NCBI GenBank assembly: GCA_023253245.1
Contig: JALRHB010000001.1
Span: forward strand, 1 to 40,158
Direction: 5' to 3'
Length of the DNA: 40,158 nt
Source: Polynucleobacter sp.
Lineage (GTDB): Bacteria > Pseudomonadota > Gammaproteobacteria > Burkholderiales > Burkholderiaceae
The notes under the pieces are model-generated. The model worked only from the letters and a program-made list of their open reading frames with translations, had not been told where the DNA came from and searched no databases. The translations under genes were made by a program, and so were the position numbers. Position 1 is the first letter of the stretch. Every line of letters starts with the position of its first letter. This document shows positions 28,603 to 38,186 of this stretch, one piece after another.

Positions 28603-29214
28603 ATGCGATTACTATCTATCTCCCGCGGCAAAGCAGGTCCCTTATTTGGATTAAATCATCCAGACTACTCAAGCGTAGCATCTGCGATACATAAAAAGCC
28701 GGTCAGCACACTAAGTCTAGCTACACCAGTAGAGATCAAACCATTGGGTATTGTGGGTGATGAACAAGCGGATTTATCAGTACATGGTGGACTTGAAAAA
28801 GCAATTTATGTCTACCCCATAGAACACTACGCATTTTGGAATGAACTTCTTTCCAGGGAAACCAATCAAATCGTCGATCTCCAGCCTGGATCAATGGGTG
28901 AGAACTTCACCATCGAGGGCCTACTTGAGGATGAGATATTTGTAGGTGACAAAATGACGATTGGAGATCTCGAATTTACAGTTGTCAAACTTAGAGAGCC
29001 ATGTTTTAAATTCAACGCAAAGATGAAATATAAGGGTGCAGCCAAAGCCATGCTGCAATCTGGCAAAAGTGGCTGGTATTTGCGCGTCAATAAACCTGGA
29101 ACATTAATAGCTGGAGCCCAAATCACTATTTCACCAGGCCAAAGAATCACCTCGATAGCTAGTCAAAACAAAGCCCTCTATCAGCGAGGAAATCAAAAAG
29201 ATCTTTGGGACTAA
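28603..29214 (+). CDS. MOSC-domain protein (YiiM-like)
   Basis: GDEQADLSVHGG..KA, GENFT, REPCFKF (Moco Cys) and GWYLRV. Confidence 0.9.
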   Translation: MRLLSISRGKAGPLFGLNHPDYSSVASAIHKKPVSTLSLATPVEIKPLGIVGDEQADLSVHGGLEKAIYVYPIEHYAFWNELLSRETNQIVDLQPGSMGENFTIEGLLEDEIFVGDKMTIGDLEFTVVKLREPCFKFNAKMKYKGAAKAMLQSGKSGWYLRVNKPGTLIAGAQITISPGQRITSIASQNKALYQRGNQKDLWD

Positions 29215-29232
29215 TATAGGCAACAAAAAGAT

Positions 29233-30903
29233 TTAATCATTTGCATAAATATCAACATCTCTTGTCTCGCGTATAAACAATGTACCAATCACTAGTGTGA
29301 CTGCAGCGATGATGATGGGGTACCAGAGACCATAATAAATATTACCGTTCTGCGCCACCAAGGCAAATGAAATAGTTGGCAATAATCCACCAAACCAGCC
29401 ATTTCCAATGTGATAAGGCAAAGACATAGAGGTGTAACGAATACGGGTAGGGAACATCTCTACCAACATAGCTGCAATTGGTCCATAAACCATGGTTACC
29501 AAAATCAATAAGTAAACCAATAAGAGCAAAACTGGGATGTAGCTAATTTCATCAGGATTGGCTTTTGCTGGATAGCCCGCTTCATTTAGGGCATTACGGA
29601 TGGCATTTCTAAATTCGACATCCTTTGTCCTAATAGCATCTACAGCTAACCCCTTTGCGGAATATGCCGCAATTTCTGTATCGCCAATTTTGACAATTGC
29701 AGTGCTACCCGCTGCCCCGGGAATAGTGGCATAGCTTGCAGAGTTTGCCGCCATAACCTGTTTAGCAATGTCGCAAGAACTGATAAATTTTGCGGTACCA
29801 GTCGGATTAAATTGAAAACTACACTCGTTTAAGTCCGCAGTAATCGTTGCTGGTGATGCAATCATGGCTTTTTCTAAAGCTGGATTTGCAAAATGGGTCA
29901 GTGCATTAAATACTGATACGGGCGTATTGGGAATGTAGGTAACCACTGCTAATAGCAAGCCACCCATAATGATGACCTTGCGACCAATCTTGTCAGACAA
30001 GGTTCCAAAGATTACAAAGAATGGTGTACCAATCACGAGCGCGGCGGCAATTAAGAGATTGGCATGCATTGCATCCACTTTGAGCACCTGGGTCAGGTAG
30101 AACAAGGCGTAAAACTGACCGGTATACCAAACGACTGCTTGACCAGCTACCAAACCAAATAATGCCAAAAGAACAATCTTTAAATTTTTCCACTGCCCAA
30201 AAGATTCAGTCAAAGGTGCTTTTGACAAGCGACCTTGCTCTTTCATCTTCTTAAATGCTGGTGATTCATTCATAGACAAGCGTATCCACACCGACACACC
30301 TAATAATGCGAGGGACAATACAAATGGAATACGCCAGCCCCAAACTTCAAAGTTGGAGCCTGTCAACTCACGAGCAAGTAATATGACTAAGAGAGATAAA
30401 AACAAACCTAAGGTGGCGGTTGTCTGAATCCAAGATGTATATGCCCCACGACGCCCATGGGGTGCATGCTCAGCAACATAAGTGGCGGCACCACCATACT
30501 CGCCACCGAGAGCTAAACCTTGCAACAGGCGCAAGGCAATCAAGATCACTGGGGCAGCAACACCAATCGAAGCGTAATTTGGCAAGATACCAACAACGAA
30601 TGTTGAAACACCCATCAGCATAATAGTGACTAAAAAGGTGTACTTACGTCCAATCAGATCGCCTAATCGACCAAACACTATGGCGCCAAAAGGGCGAACA
30701 ATAAAGCCCGCAGCAAAAGCCAATAAAGCAAAGATGAATGCAGAGCCGTCATCTAAGCCAGAAAAAAATTGCTTGGCAATAATGGCGGCTAAAGAGCCAT
30801 ATAGATAGAAGTCATACCACTCAAAAACCGTTCCCAAAGAGGAAGCAAAAATCACTTTGCGTTCTTCGGCAGTCATCGGCTTGACCTTGGCTGATCGTGG
30901 CAT
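29233..30903 (-). CDS. MFS transporter, metabolite:H+ symporter (MHS) family
   Basis: SSLGTVFEWYDF, RPFG...GRLGDLIGRK, GGEYGGA and EMFPTRIRY. Confidence 0.92.
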   Translation of the reverse strand: MPRSAKVKPMTAEERKVIFASSLGTVFEWYDFYLYGSLAAIIAKQFFSGLDDGSAFIFALLAFAAGFIVRPFGAIVFGRLGDLIGRKYTFLVTIMLMGVSTFVVGILPNYASIGVAAPVILIALRLLQGLALGGEYGGAATYVAEHAPHGRRGAYTSWIQTTATLGLFLSLLVILLARELTGSNFEVWGWRIPFVLSLALLGVSVWIRLSMNESPAFKKMKEQGRLSKAPLTESFGQWKNLKIVLLALFGLVAGQAVVWYTGQFYALFYLTQVLKVDAMHANLLIAAALVIGTPFFVIFGTLSDKIGRKVIIMGGLLLAVVTYIPNTPVSVFNALTHFANPALEKAMIASPATITADLNECSFQFNPTGTAKFISSCDIAKQVMAANSASYATIPGAAGSTAIVKIGDTEIAAYSAKGLAVDAIRTKDVEFRNAIRNALNEAGYPAKANPDEISYIPVLLLLVYLLILVTMVYGPIAAMLVEMFPTRIRYTSMSLPYHIGNGWFGGLLPTISFALVAQNGNIYYGLWYPIIIAAVTLVIGTLFIRETRDVDIYAND

Positions 30904-31019
30904 CCCTAAATTCCCAATAATATTTTTTAAAAGTTAGGGGCAGATTATGCTTGGAAAATTCATTTATAAATCATTGAATTAGGGTAATTCCCCATCGATG
31001 AGCAAAACATTTCTAGGCA

Positions 31020-31050
31020 AAAAAAGAGGAGGCATTGCCTCCTCTTTTTT
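31020..31050 (-). terminator. Intrinsic terminator after the TRAP operon
   Basis: aaaaaagaggaggc-att-gcctcctctttttt. Confidence 0.85.
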
Positions 31051-31065
31051 ACCCTGCATTACCAA

Positions 31066-32391
31066 CTACCAACCAATTACCTTGGGCAACCAAAGAGAAA
31101 TTTGTGGGTAATAAAACACGAGGAATAAAGCCACACCCTGCATGAATAAGAATGGCAATACTCCAATGTATAAATCTCTAATTTTGACTTCAGGTGGCGC
31201 AACTCCTTTGAGATAAAAAAGTGCCCAACCAAATGGTGGTGTTAAAAATGAAGATTGCAAACAAACTGTAATCATCATTGCCACCCAAACCGGGTCTGCA
31301 CCTTGCGCCAATAGAACTGGCAAGAATAGGGGCACAGCAATGTAACTAATTTCAATCCACTCAATAAAAAATCCAAGAACAAATATGAGTAGCAACATGA
31401 ACCAGATGTCACTATTAAGACCACCAGGTATGACCTTAAACATTCCGGAGATTAACTCTTCACCATTAAGCCCCCTAAAAGACAATGCAAAAACCTGGGC
31501 ACAAATGAGAATAAACATCATCAAGGCGCTAATCTTGGTCGTATCTATAGCGACTTGTTTTAAGGTTTCCCACTTAAAACGACGCGATAAAAAAGTGACG
31601 AGCACCGATCCTACTGCACCCATAGCAGCAGCTTCAGTTGGAGCAGCAACACCACCAACAATTGAGCCCAATACAGCAACTACCAGCATGATGGGTGGCA
31701 CCACCACTTTCCAAAAACGAACCCAGAGCTCCTTACCAGAAACGCGGCTTCGCTCCTCTTTTGGAATAGGTGGCATTAGATCAGGTTTAAGCCAACCTAG
31801 AATCAAAATAAATACGATGTAGACCACTACAAGAATTAATCCTGGTCCAACTGCAGCAGCAAATAGAGTACCGACTGATAACTGCATGATGTCGGAAAGC
31901 AGAATCAAAATTAGACTGGGCGGAATAATTTGGCCTAAAGTGCCAGACGCACAAATTGCACCACAGGCAATACTCTTGTTATAGCCACGGCGTATTAATG
32001 TTGGCAAGGTCAGTAGGCCTAAGGTGATCACCGTTGCACCAACAATCCCCGTGGTAGCACCCATCAAAGCACCAAACAAAATAATGCCGACCGCCATACC
32101 CCCCTTCACACCGCCAGCGATGTGCCCAATCACATCCAGCAAATCATCTGCTAGCCGCGATTTTTCCAGCATGATTCCCATAAAAATAAATAAGGGGATC
32201 GCCAACCACTGGTAGCCCGCCACAATTCCAAAAACCCTAGCAGGCAATAAATTAAATAAAGTGGTTCCAAACCCTAAAAATCCGAAGACGAAGCCGACTG
32301 TAGCTAAAGTAATTGCAACTGGAACGCCGATCATCAACAAAATAAAAAATCCAATCAGCATCAGGATAGCCATTACATGCATATCAAACAT
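31066..32391 (-). CDS. TRAP transporter large permease (DctM family; start ATG 32391)
   Basis: LAIPLFIFMG, ASGTLGQIIPPS, PTEAA and LTPPFG; the start overlaps the small-permease stop. Confidence 0.92.
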   Translation of the reverse strand: MFDMHVMAILMLIGFFILLMIGVPVAITLATVGFVFGFLGFGTTLFNLLPARVFGIVAGYQWLAIPLFIFMGIMLEKSRLADDLLDVIGHIAGGVKGGMAVGIILFGALMGATTGIVGATVITLGLLTLPTLIRRGYNKSIACGAICASGTLGQIIPPSLILILLSDIMQLSVGTLFAAAVGPGLILVVVYIVFILILGWLKPDLMPPIPKEERSRVSGKELWVRFWKVVVPPIMLVVAVLGSIVGGVAAPTEAAAMGAVGSVLVTFLSRRFKWETLKQVAIDTTKISALMMFILICAQVFALSFRGLNGEELISGMFKVIPGGLNSDIWFMLLLIFVLGFFIEWIEISYIAVPLFLPVLLAQGADPVWVAMMITVCLQSSFLTPPFGWALFYLKGVAPPEVKIRDLYIGVLPFLFMQGVALFLVFYYPQISLWLPKVIGW

Positions 32392-32908
32392 GCTGCCCTC
32401 CTTTAGAGTTGTAACCGTTGAGAATGACGCGACATAACTCACCAATACCTTGCAAGGCAAGCAATGTAAATCCAACCGGAATTAAACCCTTCACGATCCA
32501 ACGATAAGGAATACCTCCGGGATCAGGCGACATTTCTCCGATAGAAAAAGACTGCGCAACATATGAGGAAGATAGATAGATATAAAGAAGCGCAACAATA
32601 ATTGTGAGCACTGCAGAGAGGATGTCGACACGGTATTTTGTTTTAGGAGAATAATTAGCGTAAAACAAATCTACTCGAACGTTATCACCACGCAATAGGG
32701 CATAGCTCATACCGAATAGGATTAATGCTGCCAATAAATGCCACTCAAGCTCTTGAGCCCAAACCGAACCAATACTCATGGTGTAGCGTAAAAATACGTT
32801 GACTGTAATTAATCCCACAATGGCCAAGGCCACGTAAGACGTGGCCTTGCCAGTGAAATCAATTAAACCTTCGATACGCAATGCGATTTTTAGTAACAAA
32901 GGATGCAC
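32384..32908 (-). CDS. TRAP transporter small permease (DctQ family)
   Basis: V..RY, QELEWH and NVRVDLFY motifs; 4 TM. Confidence 0.9.
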   Translation of the reverse strand: MHPLLLKIALRIEGLIDFTGKATSYVALAIVGLITVNVFLRYTMSIGSVWAQELEWHLLAALILFGMSYALLRGDNVRVDLFYANYSPKTKYRVDILSAVLTIIVALLYIYLSSSYVAQSFSIGEMSPDPGGIPYRWIVKGLIPVGFTLLALQGIGELCRVILNGYNSKGGQHV

Positions 32909-32941
32909 TGATATTCCTTACTTAAATGATGAGAACGAAAA

Positions 32942-34042
32942 TCAACCACGAATTTTGCTGTGATAGATAGCCTCGCTATACGAAGCCCAAGTGTCGTAGT
33001 TACGCTTAAAGGCAAAGTAGGAATCATGCACTTTCTTGGTCATAGGATCAGCAGCGGCAGACTCGTCCAAAATCTTTTTCGTTTCAGCGCGCATTGCAGC
33101 CACCACTGAATCTGGCAACTGGAGCGCTGTAACGCCCTGCTTCTCCACCAAATCCTTCATTGCTTCGGCATTGTTTCTTTGACACCATGCCTCACCAATC
33201 ACATTACAGGCTGCTGACGCATTTTTAACAACCTCCTGTAAATCTTTGGGTAATTTCTCCCAAGCAGCTTTGTTAATAAGAAGCTCAGAAGTGGTTGCTG
33301 GCTCATGCCAACCAGTGGTGTAGTAATACTTCGCCGCTTTTTGTAAGCCAAGACGACGATCTTGATATGGGCCAACGAACTCTGCCGCATCAATCACACC
33401 ACGCTCAAGCGCAGGGAAAATTTCACCACCTGGCAGTACTTTTACGTCAACACCTAATTTGGCATAAACCTTACCAGCAAGACCAGGAATACGCATTTTT
33501 AAACCCTTGAGATCCGCAACGCTATTAATTTTCTTTTTGAACCAGCCAGTCATTTGCACACCAGTGTTGCCACATGGCATAGCGATCATGCCAAATGGCG
33601 CATAGGTTTCATTCCAAAGATCGATACCACCACCGTCATATAACCAACCATTCATTCCTTGGAAATTCAGGCCAAATGGGACTGCAGTGAAATATTGAGC
33701 GGCAAAAGTTTTGCCAGTCCAAAAATAACTATTCGCATGGTTCATTTCAACCGTGCCAGAGCGAACGGCATCAAAACCCTCAAAGGCTGGAATTAACTCC
33801 CCGGCTCCAAAAACTTGAATCTTTAAGCGACCATTGGACATCTCACCAATACGTTTGGCTAAATCAGTGGCGCTACCAGGGCCCTCCATATAAAACGGCG
33901 CACCTTTAGGATAGGCACTCGTCATTTTCCAATTAAAGGTTTGCTGAGATTGAGCTTTAACAATTGCAGGGGCACCTAGAGCAACACCTGCTACACCAGC
34001 ACCAATACTGGTACTGAGAAACTTGCGGCGATTCGATTCCAT
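32942..34042 (-). CDS. TRAP substrate-binding protein (DctP, TakP-like), Tat signal (start ATG 34042)
   Basis: NRRKFL twin-arginine signal, AGELIPAF, GNTGVQMTGWF, KMRIPG, DAAEFVGPY and GWHEP; AGGAG RBS. Confidence 0.92.
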   Translation of the reverse strand: MESNRRKFLSTSIGAGVAGVALGAPAIVKAQSQQTFNWKMTSAYPKGAPFYMEGPGSATDLAKRIGEMSNGRLKIQVFGAGELIPAFEGFDAVRSGTVEMNHANSYFWTGKTFAAQYFTAVPFGLNFQGMNGWLYDGGGIDLWNETYAPFGMIAMPCGNTGVQMTGWFKKKINSVADLKGLKMRIPGLAGKVYAKLGVDVKVLPGGEIFPALERGVIDAAEFVGPYQDRRLGLQKAAKYYYTTGWHEPATTSELLINKAAWEKLPKDLQEVVKNASAACNVIGEAWCQRNNAEAMKDLVEKQGVTALQLPDSVVAAMRAETKKILDESAAADPMTKKVHDSYFAFKRNYDTWASYSEAIYHSKIRG

Positions 34043-34171
34043 TTGTCTTCTCCTATTAACCATTGATCACAGAAGATGCTCAGTCACAGCTTTTAGATAC
34101 ATCTTCTTGAGTCCAATGTATCTACTCAAAAACAAAGAGCGGTATTGAAAAGTATTGCTTTAGGGCATGGA

Positions 34172-34207
34172 AGCACTACATTAGTGCTTATGCACATTTT
34201 TATTGCA
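34172..34207. promoter_or_regulatory. Tandem NtrC-like boxes between the divergent TRAP and hydrolase genes
   Basis: aGCACtacattaGTGCt (34172-34188) and TGCACatttttaTTGCA (34191-34207) resemble TGCAC-N7-GTGCA. Confidence 0.55.
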
Positions 34208-34295
34208 TGGTGACTAGACTTTTAGACCAAATATTTAACAAAATATTCATCTGAGACAAATTTAGACTTCATTACAAAAATAAAGGAATAAATTC

Positions 34296-35894
34296 ATGCA
34301 GCCAAAATGGGGTATTCGCGGAATGGCGGTAGCGCCACACTCACTCGCTTCAGAATCAGCTTTATCGGTTCTCAAGGAGGGTGGCAATGCGCTCGAGGCA
34401 ATGATTGCTGCTGCTGCAACAATTGCAGTCGTCTACCCTCATATGAACTCCATTGGTGGCGACTCATTTTGGGTAGTTCACTCTCCCGGAAAGGCGATGG
34501 GGGGCATTGATGCTTGTGGAGCTGCCGCAGGATTGGCCACTAAAAGCTGGTATGCGGAGCGCGGTATTACTAAAGCGATTCCATTTAGAGGTGCCGTTGC
34601 AGCTAATACTGTTGCTGGAACGATCTCGGGCTGGGGCGCCGCCCAACAACTCTCTAAAACTGGCTTACGCGGTAAATTACCACTCTCACGCCTTTTGGCA
34701 GATGCCATCTACTATGCAGAAGCTGGCGTGCCAGTTACCTTTAGTCAATCAAGCTTAACTGCCAAAAAGCGGGCAGAGTTGATTGATATTCCGGGTTTTG
34801 CAAACACCTTTTTAGTAAATGGTCAGGCGCCTGCTGTTGGCAGCATCTTTAAACAAGATCGCCTAGCCAAAACCTTACGACAAATTGCCCGCAAAGGAAC
34901 TGAAGATTACTACCGCGGTGATTTAGCGCAATTATTAGCAAAAGAACTTGAACAATTAGGCAGCCCACTGAGACTAAGCGATCTCCAGCGTCATCAAGCT
35001 AAGTTTATTGATCCGCTCGAGTTAAAACATAGCATCGGAAATGTCTACAACATGACTCCACCGACTCAGGGTGTTGTATCACTCATGATCTTGGGAATCT
35101 TGGATCAACTCAACCTCAAGCGTTTCAAAGTGGATAGTGCAGAGTATGTACATCACTGCGTTGAAGCGACTAAACAAGCCTTCAAGATTAGAGATCAGTA
35201 TGTCACTGATCCCGCCTATATGACTAAACATGCACAGTCATTCTTGGCGCCCGCTTTCTTGAAAAAACTAGCTAAAAATATTGACCCTGAAAGAGCATTG
35301 CCTTGGGGTCAAGGTAAAGGCCCTGCAGATACTATCTGGATGGGCGTAGTTGATGGTCAAGGTAACTGCGTTTCCTTCATTCAAAGTATCTATCATGAAT
35401 TTGGAGCTGGAATTGTGCTGTCAAAATCGGGTGTTAATTGGCAGAATCGTGGTTGTAGTTTTTCTTTGGATCCCAAAACCCTCAATCATCTAGAGCCTTA
35501 TCGCAAACCATTTCACACTTTAAATCCAGCCATGGCTTTATTTAAAGATGGACGCTCTATGGTTTACGGAACAATGGGGGGCGATGGACAACCCCAAACA
35601 CAATGCGCAGTATTCACACGCACCGCCACCTATGGCCTTGATCCCCAAGATGCAATTAGTCGCCCTCGCTGGCTATTGGGGCGTACTTGGGGGCAAACGA
35701 GTGATAGCCTAAAACTGGAATCTCGCTTTAGCCCATGGGTTGCCAAAGAGCTCCATTCTCTTGGACATGAAATTGAAATGCTAGATGCCTTTGATGAAAC
35801 CGTAGGGCATGCAGGCTGCATCATTCGAGAGCCCTCAGGAACCTTGCGTGGGGGCTGGGATCCCCGAAGTGATGGAGCAGTTAGCGCGTTTTAG
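34296..35894 (+). CDS. Gamma-glutamyltransferase-family Ntn hydrolase, oxamate amidohydrolase HpxW-like
   Basis: GMAVAPH, VVYPHM..IGGD, autoprocessing site GKGPAD|TIWMGVVD, SFIQSIYHEFG, PFHTLNP, MGGDGQPQTQ and WLLGRTWG; no signal peptide. Confidence 0.85.
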   Translation: MQPKWGIRGMAVAPHSLASESALSVLKEGGNALEAMIAAAATIAVVYPHMNSIGGDSFWVVHSPGKAMGGIDACGAAAGLATKSWYAERGITKAIPFRGAVAANTVAGTISGWGAAQQLSKTGLRGKLPLSRLLADAIYYAEAGVPVTFSQSSLTAKKRAELIDIPGFANTFLVNGQAPAVGSIFKQDRLAKTLRQIARKGTEDYYRGDLAQLLAKELEQLGSPLRLSDLQRHQAKFIDPLELKHSIGNVYNMTPPTQGVVSLMILGILDQLNLKRFKVDSAEYVHHCVEATKQAFKIRDQYVTDPAYMTKHAQSFLAPAFLKKLAKNIDPERALPWGQGKGPADTIWMGVVDGQGNCVSFIQSIYHEFGAGIVLSKSGVNWQNRGCSFSLDPKTLNHLEPYRKPFHTLNPAMALFKDGRSMVYGTMGGDGQPQTQCAVFTRTATYGLDPQDAISRPRWLLGRTWGQTSDSLKLESRFSPWVAKELHSLGHEIEMLDAFDETVGHAGCIIREPSGTLRGGWDPRSDGAVSAF

Positions 35895-36510
35895 TAATAA
35901 ATAATTTGGGTACGCGTAGGTCCCAATGTATGGCAGCTACGCGTAAGCCGAAGATGGCCAGCATACAAACCACTGATGCCTCTAGCGTGTACTGCGGTAA
36001 AAAATTAAGTGCCAACACATAGAGCGTGCATCCGATAGTCACAGGTATTGCATATAGCTCATGGGACATCAGCAAGGTTTTTCTACCAGCCAAAACATCT
36101 CGCAATAATCCCCCGCCAATAGCAGTGACTACTCCTAAAATAACAGGCGCCACTGGCAGACCAAAGCCAAGACTCCAAGCTTTGTCCGCCCCTTGAATAC
36201 CAAATAAGGCAGCTCCAAGGCCATCTATATACAGCATCATCCGATAGATCTGGGGTTGAGTGAAAAACGATTCCGCTACAAAAGTTAAAACGCAGGCGCC
36301 TAGTGCAACCCAAACATAAATTTGCGAAATTGACCAAAAGGCCGGGACATCCAAAATCATGTCACGAATAGTACCGCCGCCAATTGCAGTAATCACACCC
36401 AAAACCAAGACACCAAATAAATCAACGCCACGATCGGAGATTGCTAAAACCCCTGTAACAGCAAAGGCAACTGTGGCAATCATGCCAATCCAGAAATTAA
36501 TTTGATCCAT
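35881..36510 (-). CDS. Trimeric intracellular cation channel / UPF0126 (YadS-like) membrane protein (start ATG 36510)
   Basis: Duplicated TAIGGG..RD motifs. Confidence 0.88.
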   Translation of the reverse strand: MDQINFWIGMIATVAFAVTGVLAISDRGVDLFGVLVLGVITAIGGGTIRDMILDVPAFWSISQIYVWVALGACVLTFVAESFFTQPQIYRMMLYIDGLGAALFGIQGADKAWSLGFGLPVAPVILGVVTAIGGGLLRDVLAGRKTLLMSHELYAIPVTIGCTLYVLALNFLPQYTLEASVVCMLAIFGLRVAAIHWDLRVPKLFITKTR

Positions 36511-36590
36511 GGCCTTCAGTCTAATGCACTCGGGTAAGACGAGCAATCCAGTACTGAATATACTGAGACTGATCGATATAGGAAATTCTT

Positions 36591-37271
36591 ATGAAAACCC
36601 AGCTTTATAGTTTTTGGCGTAGCTCAGCATCTTTTAGAGTACGTATTGCCCTTAATTTAAAGGGGATTGATCATGAAATCATTCCAATTCATCTTCTTAA
36701 GAATGGCGGTGAACAAACTAGCACGCAATATGAGGATAAAAATCCCAATCGACTGGTTCCACTTCTAATTGAAGGGGATCATGCCATTCATCAATCATTA
36801 GCCATCATTGAATATCTTGAAGAAGTACACCCCAATCCTCCACTGCTACCTAAGAATGCTATCGATCGTGCTTGGGTACGCGCTCTAGCGATGGATATAG
36901 CTGTTGATATTCACCCAATTGGAAATTTGCGCGTTTTACGTTACTTAATGAAAAACTTAGGCGTCAGTGCACAAAACAAAGATGCTTGGAGTCAACATTG
37001 GATGAGGCTGGGATTAAACAGTTTGGAAAAACAATTAAGCAAATCAGCCAGCGCAGGTCGGTTTGCTTATGGCGATACACCGGGTCTTGTAGATATTTGC
37101 TTAGTGCCACAAATATTTAATGCGCTGAGTGCGGGTCTGGACACAAGCTGTTTCCCAAAATTAATGACCATCTACCGGGAATGCATGGCATTACCCGAAT
37201 TTGTCGATGCCGCCTGGGAAAAACAAATTGATGCAGAAGGACTAAACCCCTCTATTCCACCAAAGAAATAA
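36591..37271 (+). CDS. maiA: Maleylacetoacetate/maleylpyruvate isomerase (zeta-class GST)
   Basis: LYSFWRSSASFRVRIAL, QSLAIIEYL, DIHP..NLRVL and CLVPQ. Confidence 0.88.
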   Translation: MKTQLYSFWRSSASFRVRIALNLKGIDHEIIPIHLLKNGGEQTSTQYEDKNPNRLVPLLIEGDHAIHQSLAIIEYLEEVHPNPPLLPKNAIDRAWVRALAMDIAVDIHPIGNLRVLRYLMKNLGVSAQNKDAWSQHWMRLGLNSLEKQLSKSASAGRFAYGDTPGLVDICLVPQIFNALSAGLDTSCFPKLMTIYRECMALPEFVDAAWEKQIDAEGLNPSIPPKK

Positions 37272-38171
37272 GGAGAGCGTCAGTAGTGATCCAATCGTTG
37301 TTACAAGCACCACTCTAGAAATCACTCTACCGTCTGCCATATAGTACTGAGCAAGCATATATGGCCCCGTACCAGTTGGCATTGCCGCTAGGATCACTGC
37401 TGCATTCACCCATAAGGTAGGCAGACCCAATAAAGGGTCAGCAATTAACCAGGCGATGATGGGTTGAATAATCAGCTTACTAAAACTAATACCCCATACC
37501 TTGCTCGATGCATTTTCATCTTTGCGAATCAAGAATAGTCCAATAGATACCAGTGCGCAGGGTGTGGCGGCAGCTGCTAAAAATGAAATGACTTGGGCTA
37601 GCGGGTCATATATTACCCAACCAGAGGCAGACCATGCTAATCCCAAAACTGGTGAGACCAAGAGTGGGTTAGTGGCTAAGGATTTAAGTACGCTCCAAAC
37701 AATCTCATGAGACTTTTTGTGCGACAACATATCGATCTCAATCAAAATTGTCGCTAGCGCAAACAGAATAAACACTAGAAAGGTGGCGATGATGGCTGGT
37801 GCCAGGCCATCTTGACCGAGTGCCAGCAGACACAGGGGAATGCCCATATAACCGGTGTTTGAGTAAGAGGCGCTCAGGCCAGCAAAACTAGCTGCAGCTA
37901 AATCACGCCCCTGATACCAATAGAAAATCAGAACTAGGGAAAAAACAATTAAGGCGCTAATTAAAAAAGCCGCGATAAAGCCAGGCTGCCAAAGCGTCTC
38001 CCAACCGCTGTTAGCTGCAAAGTTAAAAAGTTGAGCAGGCAAGGCTAACCAAATAACAAATCGATTGAGTTCAACCGATGCATTAGCACCTAACTTACCA
38101 CTCCTGCCACTTAAGTAGCCCAATAAAATGAGCGCAAATACTGGAAAGAGGACATTAAAGACGTAGATCAC
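37242..38171 (-). CDS. AEC (auxin efflux carrier)-family transporter
   Basis: PVF..I..GY, LNRFV...ALPA, SNTGYMGIP, NPL and KL..QP...AMPT motifs; GTG start. Confidence 0.88.
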   Translation of the reverse strand: MIYVFNVLFPVFALILLGYLSGRSGKLGANASVELNRFVIWLALPAQLFNFAANSGWETLWQPGFIAAFLISALIVFSLVLIFYWYQGRDLAAASFAGLSASYSNTGYMGIPLCLLALGQDGLAPAIIATFLVFILFALATILIEIDMLSHKKSHEIVWSVLKSLATNPLLVSPVLGLAWSASGWVIYDPLAQVISFLAAAATPCALVSIGLFLIRKDENASSKVWGISFSKLIIQPIIAWLIADPLLGLPTLWVNAAVILAAMPTGTGPYMLAQYYMADGRVISRVVLVTTIGSLLTLSLFLWWNRGV

Positions 38172-38186
38172 GCGATGAAATCTTTA

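Noticed and set aside
34212-34268. Repeated AGAC words upstream of the hydrolase gene
   Set aside because: They are too short and irregular in AT-rich DNA to separate from chance.
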